DNA of 64,000 nucleotides from the human T2T-CHM13v2.0 reference genome, Homo sapiens: NCBI GenBank assembly GCA_009914755.4, contig CP068257.2, positions 41,312,001 to 41,376,000 of the forward strand, read 5' to 3'. Shown piece by piece: positions 50,046 to 64,000 of this stretch (position 1 is its first letter; each line of letters starts with the position of its first letter). The notes under the pieces were generated by a model. It saw only the letters and a program-made list of their open reading frames with translations, ran no database searches and was not told where the DNA came from. The position numbers and the translations under genes were made by a program.

Positions 50046-51530
50046 CCCATGTGGAGTCTCTCTGTTCCAACACCTATTGACACTTGCATCTGGATCTTGC
50101 ACTAGGCTCTGCAGATTATGCTCAGTCTTGAATACTGAGCTTTTTTTGTCCCCTTGAACTTCCCTCCTTGGGCAAGTATCTCAGGGCCTCCCTCTTGCCC
50201 ACCCTGCTGCTTCCCATCTTTCTGAAAGAGGCGGCTCTGCAGCTGCACAGCACTTGGCCAAGACCTCCTGGCGGTGTGGAGCTCTGAAGACACAGGAGGG
50301 ATGTCCTCCGAGCTGTTCATGCCTAGACCTACCCCCAGGCTCCCTCTAGCAATCAGCTCCAGTCCTGGGCCTGTCTGCCTTCCGGGAGGAGTGGGGGCCC
50401 ACAGAGCTGCCCTTCCCGCGCTGTGTATGGACTCAAGGCACTGATGGCCTTCGGTGGGCCACTGCATAAATGGATGTTTCTGCAGTATTGAAGGCCAGTC
50501 AGGCAAACCGTGTGCTTTCCTACGCAGTGGGGAATGTGTCGCCCTTTCCTTACATCTTGGAGACCAAAGCCACCATCTGCACTTGTGGGTACATTGTGGC
50601 AGTGGTCGATTAGGGTGGTCTTTCAAAGCAGTTTGAAATGCAGACACTTGTGGGCGTCCCCTAAGGCAGGTGCCCTTTACCTGGAGGCCGCATTGGTCAC
50701 CTAGACCCGCAAGGCTCACCTGGGCCGGAAGGTGTGGTCAAGCGAGGCCAAGTAGCCCAGAGGCCACCCCTAAGCACCTGTGGACATCATGAGTCCTTGC
50801 TGGGGTCCTCACAGAGGGAAGACAGCGCCCAGGGTAAAGCCTCAGGTGCTAAGCACTCGCGCTGCCGCAGGGGGGGAGGCACGTGAGCATCCACTGTGCC
50901 GCCCAGGACGGGCCCACCCGGGCTCCAGAGCCTGGGGAGGAAGGCTGCGAGGCTCCCACGGGCTTACATTCAAACCGGGCACACACAGAACGGAGGCCTT
51001 CGGCTACGGGACGCCCGGCGGTGGGGTTACGGATGGTACAGCCCTCCCTCCCCGCCTGCTCGAGGCAAATGGTTTCGCCCGGCTACACACACCTCTCCTG
51101 GGCGGCAACCGAGGGCGCGGAGGGGGCAAGACGTGCGCTGAGGCCACGCCCCTACTGCATAGTCATAAGGCGGGAGGCTCTGCCTTCGGGGCGGGGCAGA
51201 CAGCTCCTCGCGCTCGGGCGCGGCCGGTTGGGGGCACGGCCTAGCTCCGGGTGCGGGCGGGGCTGGAGGCGGGGCCGGCCACCGCCCGGTTCCCGCCCTC
51301 GCTCTCCTCCCCCAGCGATCAGGCCCCGCCCCGCGCCCGCCGCCGCGCAGGGAGGGGCGGGGCCCGTCTCCGGCAGGCCCCGCCCCCTCTCTGAATATTG
51401 ATGCGGCGCGCGTCGGCGTCGCCCTCCTCCCATTGAGCGAGGCTGTGTCGCGTGGCCCAGCGTCGGCGTGACGGTTGGACGCGGGCGCGGCACTGCGGGT
51501 CCCGATTGCTGCAGCCGCTTGTCAGTGTGA

Positions 51531-51548
51531 TGAAGATTGGCACCCAGG
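51531..51548 (+). CDS. Candidate first coding exon: ATG AAG ATT GGC ACC CAG (MKIGTQ), followed by a canonical splice donor GTAAGC at 51549
   Basis: An ATG lies inside the CpG island. The exon ends in CAG|GTAAGC, a perfect donor. The gene is not identified. Confidence 0.3.
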
Positions 51549-52120
51549 TAAGCTGTCACTCAACCGCTCCGCCGCCGCCGCCGCCGCTCTCGCCGCCGCC
51601 GTCCCTATCAATCACACCGGCCCGCGGCCGCCGCCCGCCGCCGCCGCTGCCGCCCGGGTCTGGAGGGCCGGCGCTGCCCTCGAGGGCCCGCATTTGACCC
51701 GCCGCCCGGGGCAGGGGGCGGGGAGGGGGCGCGGGTGGAGGAGGGGAGCGGGCACCCGCGGGGGAGGGGGCGCCTTCAGCCCAACCGGCGCGGGGGCGCG
51801 CCCAGTTGGTTTCTTAGTGTGGGTTGAGGGACGCGGAAATTTCTGGAAGGCGCCGCCGCCGCCGCGCTGGGCCCGATCGAAGCGCGCGCTCCTAACCGTC
51901 CCTTTCGGAGTGCGGCGCGCGCCCCGGCGCGGGGCGGGGGCGGGGGCGCGCGGAGCCCGGCGCGGGCGGGGCGGCGGGCGTGAGGGTCGGGGGCGCGCGG
52001 CGGGGCGGGGCCGGGGCGGGCGGCGCGCGTGGGGCCGGTCGGGTCCGCGGCCTCGCGGAGTCCTCAGGGCCGGCGGGGCTGCTCGGAGGGTGCGGGGCGC
52101 GCGGCGGCGCAGGCGGGAAG

Positions 52121-52255
52121 ATGGCGGCCGCGACCCCGGCCCCGGCCTCGGCCGTGGCGAGCGGGTGGGTCGGGGTCCTGGGGGCGGTGGGCATGATGGG
52201 GCTCGTGGCCCTCAGCCGGGCGCCGGCGCGGGAGCAGCCCAGGGCCGCTCGCTGA
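52121..52255 (+). CDS. Alternative candidate start: MAAATPAPASAVASGWVGVLGAVGMMGLVALSRAPAREQPRAAR* (44 codons; may be an upstream ORF, or exon 1 with an unannotated donor near GCGAGCGG|GTGGGT)
   Basis: Kozak-like ggaagATGG within the CpG island. The gene is not identified. Confidence 0.2.
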   Translation: MAAATPAPASAVASGWVGVLGAVGMMGLVALSRAPAREQPRAAR

Positions 52256-52979
52256 CGGCAGTGTTTGGGGCCGGGTGCTGGGGAAGCGGTTCCGGCGTCC
52301 CGGGAATTGGTGGGAAGAGCCGCTTCTGTCACACGGGTCGTGGTAATGGATGACAGGAAGTGCCGGGCAGGGTCTGGGCGCCCTGTGGGTTTGCACCTTC
52401 CTTGTGAGGGAAATCGTGTCACTTAACGAAAAATGAAGAAACGCGGAGTCTGCTTTATGTCATCCTCGTGGCTCTCGAAATGCCTTATTTGGACAGTGGC
52501 TCTGCGACCGGACCAGTTAGGGCCTCCGTTCCGATGGCGGATTCCTGACGGGAGGCCCGAGGGTCCGGGAATGGTGGCGTCCTGAGGTCGGGCCCAGGGC
52601 AGGCCAGGCTGAGCGCCACGGCGGGGCCGCAGCCCTGGGGGGTGTTCCACCTGTGTGTGGGGTTCTCTTCCAACTCTACGAGAGTTTGCTTTTTAAAACA
52701 GTAGATGATTTTTCCTTAGGAAGTGGTTCCTCTTCAGGATGAAAGAAACCCCCAGCTTTAGTTAGGTCTACTTTCATGATTTTTCCTGGCATACTGAAAA
52801 ATAGGCTTTCTCTAAACATAAGGAAGAATCGAGGTGAAATGTGAACCTCTGCCAGTATAGTTATTGGTGATGCTCTTGCATTTAGTCATAATTTGGAAGA
52901 TGGCAGGCTGACCCAAATGAGCATTTCATCACTCTGCTTAATTTACTTAGAGTGATTTGTGAATCCTGTCCTTGTACAC

Positions 52980-54730
<1,751 letters not shown>

Positions 54731-54843
54731 CCAACTTTTCTTCTGCATCTTCCTCACCTCTCTCAGCCTTCATAGAATTGAAGAAAACTTGGGCCTGGTT
54801 CTCGATTAGGCTTCAGTTTAAGGGAATGTTGTGGCTGGTTTGA

Positions 54844-55227
<384 letters not shown>

Positions 55228-55357
55228 TAATTGCCTTTAAGTTTTCCTTTGTTCTGAGAGGTGATTTAAAATTTCAAAAATTTGTGTATATATTTTTTTA
55301 ATTTCAAAAATTGGAAAGAAACTTCTACTTTGCATTTACAACTTGGCTAACTTGTTT

Positions 55358-55790
<433 letters not shown>

Positions 55791-55794
55791 GCTA

Positions 55795-56105
55795 TGTTTT
55801 TGAGAGACAGGGTCTCATTCTGTTGCTCAGGTTGGGATGCAGTGGTGAGATCATAGCTCACTGCACTCTTGACCTCTTGGGCTAAAGTGGTTCTCCCACC
55901 TCAGCCCCCTGAGTAACTGGGACTACAGGGATGTGCCAGCATGCCCAGCTAATTTTGAAAAAGTTTTGTAGAAGTGAGGTCTCATTATGTTGCCTCGGCT
56001 GTCTCTTAAGTTCCTTTCCAGAATGGTGAATCCTTTCAAGCCGCCTTCCTGCCTCGTCCTTCCGAAGTGTTGGGATTACCCATATGAATCACTGTTCCTG
56101 ACCTG
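55795..56105 (-). mobile_element. Alu SINE (divergent, older subfamily)
   Basis: Alu consensus with many substitutions. Confidence 0.75.
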
Positions 56106-56347
56106 AACATCAAAGATCACTGATCACAGAACCCCGTAACAGACATAATAATGACAAAGTTTGAAATAGTGAAGAATTACCAAAATGTAACACAGACACA
56201 AAGTGAGCTCCTGTTTTTGGAAAATTGGCACCAATAGGCTTGCTTTCTTCATACAGGGTTGCCACAGATCTTCAACTTGTGAAAAACATAGTACCTGCTG
56301 AGTGCAATAAAGCAAAACACAATAAAAGGTAAAATGAGGTGCTTATA

Positions 56348-56737
<390 letters not shown>

Positions 56738-56977
56738 TTACCCCATCAGTGAAGGATGCTTTTCACTTCAGACATTTAAAAGTGTGCCTTAGAATTGATG
56801 AAACATGGTCAGTGAAGTATGACTTGTTTCAAAGATTAACCTTCTGCGCTTATGATCTAAGTGTCAGCAGGTTCTGTGGTAATGATACTGAGTACAATGC
56901 ATTTTGTTGGGATTCCTGTACTCTATATGTAGTTAACGTTTCTCTGGCAGTAACTTTAGAAAAGTACTACTTGTGAG

Positions 56978-57280
56978 GCCAGGTGCGGTGGCTCACACCT
57001 GTAATCCTAGCGCTTTGGGAGGCCGAGGTGGGTGGATTGCCTGAGGTCAGGAGTTTGAGACCAGCCTGGCCAAGATGGGGCAACCCCTGTCTCTACTAAA
57101 AATGCAAAATTAGCTGGGTGTGGTGGCAGGAGCCTGTATCCCCAGCTACTCGGGAGGCTGAGGCAGGAGAATCACTTGAACCAGGAGGTGGAGGTTGCAG
57201 TGAGCTGAGATCGCTCCAGTGCACTTCAGGCTGGGCGACAGAGCAAGACTCCATGTCCGAAAAAAGAGAAAAAAAAAATA
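56978..57280 (+). mobile_element. Alu SINE
   Basis: Alu consensus. Confidence 0.9.
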
Positions 57281-58454
57281 CTACTTGTAAATAGCAGAAA
57301 TAGAAAGGTGCTACTTATGAGAAGTAACATCCTATTTGCGGCTTACACTTTTGTTGCAAATTGTTAAAAGTGTCTGAAACTGTTTAGAAGGACAGCCTGA
57401 AACTGCTAAAGTGATGCAAAGTATAGACTCTGGTGGGGGAGGGGGCGTCTTAAATTTTCACGTTTGCTTGGCCTCTGGGGGCCTCTTAACAGCACTTTAA
57501 AGGAAATAAATAGATGAAGAAGAGAACAAATTATTTTGAAATACAGTTATTAAAATACTGTATTGAACCAAATTGGTGATAGTCCCATTTATTAGCTTAG
57601 TAACCGGATTGAGCTGTGGCTCTGGTAATTCATTTGGGAGTAGTGACGAGATTTTTTGTGACACTCTAATGCTTTGGAAAATACCTGTTGCTGTTCCTGC
57701 TAAAACTCCAGGGCTTATTGTCTGCCTTTGTAATTGAAGGAGTGCTACATTTCAGCTAGAAGTTTTTGCCTTTTATCATTCATGTTCACAAATACCAAGT
57801 TGATTTACTCTCAGCCTATCCATTTGTAGGAATATATGGTGTCCTTTCTTTACTTCCTCAAATGATTATATTGATGACAAAAGAGACAAGGAAATAAAAA
57901 TGGCACAGATAGGGGAACCCAAAGCCTAACAGTGTGTGTCCTTGGAGGTGAGGGTGAAGGAAGTGGCTGCAGGCCCTGGGAAGTACCATCTTGCATCCGT
58001 GTGCAGCACTGAGTGGATACCTCATGGTTCTGTCTTGTGTACACTGTTCAGGAGGACATGTAGAGTGGACATATCACATAGAAGAAGGTCAGTTTGGAAA
58101 CTGTTAGGAGAAGCACTCAAGGGCTGAGAGGCATGGTCCTTGGTGGAAAGAGCCAGCAGGCCTGGTGCTGGCGGTGCCCTGCTCGTGACAGTGTGCAAAG
58201 TCTGGAGCCTGGCCTGTTCCCGCCCTTGGCAGATGGTAGCTCCTTGTTTTGGATTATTAGCCCCTGCCGGTTGAGTTACTGTTTCTGGAAGATTCACATA
58301 GAAGGCAGTGTGGTAATTCAGTCAACGTGTTGTCTGGCATGTGGTGTAAAACTCCTGTTTAAAGCTCTGATTCTGAGGCCATGCCTCAGGGACTTGAGAA
58401 GGGGACAGAGCAGCTTATTTTATTTTATTATTTATTTTATTTAATTTTAATTTT

Positions 58455-58612
58455 ATTTTATTTTGAGATAGGTTCTCACTTTTTCACCCAGGCTGGAGTG
58501 CAGTGGCACGATCTCGGCCCACTGCAGCCGGGAGCTTCTGGGCTCAAGTAATCTTCCCGCCACAGCCCCCAAAGTAGCTGGGATTACAGGCACGTGTCAT
58601 CACACCCAGCTA
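58455..58612 (-). mobile_element. Alu SINE (partial left arm)
   Basis: Alu consensus. Confidence 0.8.
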
Positions 58613-59335
58613 ATTGTACTGTTTGCCGTCTGCGATTGACGCTGGAATGATTGGCTGTTTTAGTCGGGTTCTCAGGGTGGCAGGGAGCAGGCTGACTTCA
58701 AGTTGGGTGGGTGGTGAGATAGGTGGTTCAGGATCATGCAGGGATAAAGAAAACAGGAGTCTATGGGATTCTTGGGACCACTGTATTGTTGCTGGGCCTC
58801 TGGGCAGATGGAACCATGGTTTGTGCTCTGGCAGGATCCAGTTCTGCACCAGGGCTCTTGGCCTTCCGCTTCAATTAGGTGGTTGCCCTCCACTGTCTGT
58901 TCCATCTGTACGCTCCCCTCACAGTGGGGGCTCACCCAGCCTTACCTGCCCTGTACTCTCCCTTTTCCAGCACCCACCTCAGAGAGAGTGCCTGTGCTCT
59001 TTCCCCTCACACCACCTACCAGGCGCTGACCTTCGGGCTGGGGGCTGGCCTTGGGTGTTGCAGGGCTACCTGGCCCAGGGAGTGGTGCTTGGGGAGGAAT
59101 GAGCTTCTGACACCTGCACAAGGAAGGCCCCCTTTGAGCAGGGCCTGCCAGTGGGGTTGGGTCACTCAAAGGGGCTGTGGATTGGTAGGTACTATGATCA
59201 CAGTTTCCAGAACATAATGCCTGAGTGAGCGCATGTGTTTTGTTACATGTTCTCTCAGACATTTTATGAAGGTTTGTACATTTTTTTGCATTAAAAATGT
59301 TAGGAATTTAACTTGACAAGAAAAAGGAGCATAAG

Positions 59336-59648
<313 letters not shown>

Positions 59649-59695
59649 TTAAATTGCTAAACTTTACGTTCTTCTAAATTTAGTTACGTATTTGA

Positions 59696-59997
<302 letters not shown>

Positions 59998-59998
<1 letters not shown>

Positions 59999-60950
59999 TT
60001 TTTTTCCAATTTTTTGTTATGGTAAAATACACGTAACAAAATTTACCATCTTAACCATTTTCAGTGTGCAGTTCAGTGGTGGTAAGTTCATTCATACTTT
60101 TGTACAGCCATCACCACCATCTGTCTCCAGAACCCTTCATCTTGTAAAACTGAAACTCTATACCCATTAAACACTGCCTCCCCATCTCCCCTCCCTGAGC
60201 CCCTGGCAACCACCATTCTACTTCCTGTCTCTGAATTTCGCTACTATAGGGACTTCATACCAGTGGAATTAGGTAGTATTTGTCTTTTTGTGACCAGCTT
60301 AGCTCATTTACCATAATGTCCTTAAGGTTCATCTATGTTGTAGTGTGTGTCAGAATTTCCTTCCTTTTTAAGGCTGAATACTCCATTGTGTGGATATACT
60401 GAATTTTGTTTATCCATCCCTCAACAGACACTTGAGTTCCTTCTACCTTTTGACTATTTTGAATAATAAAACTGTGAACCTGAGTGTGTAAATACTTCTC
60501 CGAGATCCTACTTTCAATTTTTTTGGATATAGATCTAGAAGTGGGATTGCTGGATCATACTGGAATTCTGTTTTTAATTTTTTAGGGAACCTCCATCCGA
60601 TTTTTCGCAGCAACTGTACTGTTTTATATTCCTTTTAATTTAATTTATTTTTTATTTTTCCAAGGACTCAATAAGGAGAGAGTATCAGTTTACATTCCTA
60701 CCAACAGTACAGAGGTTCCAGTTTCTCCGTATCTTACCCAACACTTATTTTCTTATGTGTTGTTGCTTTTTTTAATAGCAGCCATCCTAATGGATTTGAG
60801 GTGGCATCTTACTGTCGTTTCGATTTGTATTTCCCTAATAATTAGTGATGTGGAGCATCTTTTCACATGTTCATCGGCCATTTACATGTCTTTGGAGAAA
60901 TATCTCTTCAAGTCCTTTGCCCCTTTTTGAATTGGGTTTCTTACATGCAT
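59998..60950 (-). mobile_element. L1 LINE fragment (ORF2 C-terminus and 3' UTR, antisense to the plus strand; older L1P/L1M-like)
   Basis: Reads ggtaaaatacacgtaacaaaatttaccatcttaaccattttcagtgtgcagttcagtggt...ccatcaccaccatctgtctccagaac...gtgtgtcagaatttccttcctttttaaggctgaatactccattgtgtgg. This is the well-known antisense of the L1 3' end. Confidence 0.7.
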
Positions 60951-60998
60951 ACGTGTGTGCGTGTGTGTGCGTGTGTGTGTGTGTGTGTGTTTTAAAGA
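60950..60998. repeat. (GT)n/(GTGC)n microsatellite
   Basis: Seen in the sequence. Confidence 0.9.
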
Positions 60999-61120
60999 GA
61001 CAGGGTCTCATGATGTTGTCCAGGCTGGTCTCCAACTCCTGGGCTCAAGTAATCCAGTAATACTCCTGCCTCAGCCTCCCAAGGAGCTGGGACTTAAAGA
61101 CATGGGCCCCTGTGCCTGGC
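60996..61120 (-). mobile_element. Alu fragment (right arm)
   Basis: Alu consensus. Confidence 0.8.
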
Positions 61121-61257
61121 TATGTTCATACGTTTTTACATATTTTTTAAGCTATATTGTGTTATGCTTTTAGTTGGCATTTTAGTGATTTTTAAAACAT
61201 TTATATAATCCACACATTTCTCGTTTTAAAAATTTAAGGTCTCATACACTTTTGTGA

Positions 61258-61629
<372 letters not shown>

Positions 61630-61792
61630 TAGGTTTTGATACTTTCTGTGTTTTGCCATCCGAAAGCTGGAGTCCCTCTGACCCACCAAGCTTAGTGCTG
61701 ACAGGGAGAGTAGAGAGGGGTGGCTGCTGTGCAGGGAGGGAGTGCAGGTGCCAGTTCCACAGTGCTGTGTGCCCAGTGTAGGCAGTGCCTGA

Positions 61793-62515
<723 letters not shown>

Positions 62516-62597
62516 AGGGTCTTAAAACTTTGATGCGAATTTAAATTTACCAGCTGTAACAGACCATCCAGCTCAGAGTCTGTTAAAACAAATTGCA

Positions 62598-63027
<430 letters not shown>

Positions 63028-63104
63028 TTACGATCTATGATTTTATTTGAATATTACACTTCAAATGATACCTCGCCAAACCTTGTTTGAAAAATAAAGT
63101 GATG

Positions 63105-63436
<332 letters not shown>

Positions 63437-63982
63437 TTATTGACTGAACATCTCTTTGGAATAGGAGCTGTGGAAGCCAGGGTGGAAGAGAGATGGACAA
63501 CTGGCTTGTGGTTTCTGAACCACAGGTGCCTAAAACTTCTCACACACAAAATGAAAGCTCACTTAACTGTCATGATGTATAGTTAGTGTCCTAAAAGGTG
63601 TCCTGGAGAAGGTATTTTGGGAGGACTGGTAACAAAACACAACACCTAGAGATGCAGTCTCTGGATCTGACTGTTGTGTTGTCTTCAGTCGTTTTCTGGC
63701 TTTATAAATGCCTCAGTGTTACTGTTTGCTAGAACTGGAATTACCCTAGAATTTCCAGTGGAATTGTGGCTGCTCATTAGTCAACACTGCTCTGGGTAGC
63801 AGCTAGGAGGTGGCACTCTGGGAGTTGGTCCTCTGCTAGGCGCGGCACCTGGTGAGGGGGATGGGGCTGTGTGGACTCCTCCAGCAAGGCAGCGTCTAGT
63901 ATATTACATTACATTACACAGGATAGTGTCACTAAACTGAGTCAGAGAGCACATTTTAGGTGGATTTAAAGAAGTATACTCA

Positions 63983-64000
63983 GGCCAGGTGCGGTGGCTC
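63983..64000 (+). mobile_element. Alu SINE start (cut by the window end)
   Basis: Reads ggccaggtgcggtggctc. Confidence 0.7.

Larger units (their letters stand above)
50880..52450. promoter_or_regulatory. CpG island (about 1.5 kb; very high GC with dense CpG; GGGGCGGGG Sp1-like boxes), a probable gene promoter
   Basis: CpG density and GC content are seen directly. Boxes include ggggcggggcaga, gggcggggctgga and ggggcggggcccg. Confidence 0.85.

Noticed and set aside
50102-50719. 205-codon minus-strand ORF in unique GC-moderate sequence just upstream of the CpG island
   Set aside because: No recognisable homology. No start-codon context or splice signals. The composition is unremarkable, so it is most likely chance. 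It could still be checked by blastx.
51475-52353. 292-codon plus-strand ORF, the longest in the track, plus the overlapping minus-strand ORFs 51892-52422 and 52064-52396
   Set aside because: The sequence is Arg/Gly/Ala-rich and reads open in all frames. That is typical of a 75-80% GC CpG island. There are no domain-like features. I treat it as a composition artefact. Only the short ATG-plus-donor exon candidates are reported.

Overview
The window is human (primate) genomic DNA, not prokaryotic. Alu SINEs dominate it: about 78 full or partial copies make up roughly one third of the bases. Almost every ORF in the six-frame track is repeat-derived or a composition artefact. No confident cellular protein-coding exon was found apart from candidate first exons in a CpG island.

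Main content, left to right:
1. At the left edge, a HERV-H-like gag remnant on the minus strand, continuing off-window.
2. Copy A, 8449-14022 (+): a 5.6-kb internally deleted, mosaic HERV-E-like provirus. It has both LTRs and an intact tRNA-Glu primer-binding site, and it sits inside an Alu.
3. Copy B, 19933-26178 (-): an inverted second copy of the same mosaic type. It is truncated at both ends and lacks a further 2.5-kb deletion that copy A carries.
4. A 5.8-kb satellite block, 26179-31950, directly abutting copy B. It is two related tandem arrays (about 61-bp unit x about 61 copies, then about 76-bp unit x about 26 copies). The far side ends against a gammaretroviral integrase fragment.
5. 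Many solo LTRs:
   - five copies of an unclassified family I call LTR-X;
   - two copies of a second family, LTR-Y, each with a 4-bp target-site duplication;
   - LTR12/ERV9-like LTRs, twice arranged as inverted pairs;
   - one MaLR MST-like LTR.
   Other repeats are a Tigger1-like DNA transposon fragment and an L1 fragment.
6. A CpG island of about 1.5 kb at 50880-52450, preceded by the inverted LTR12 pair. It contains a candidate 6-codon first exon ending in a canonical GTAAGC splice donor, and a second Kozak-context ATG.

I place all repeat families from memory of their consensus sequences. Coordinates are approximate, about +/-5-10 bp.
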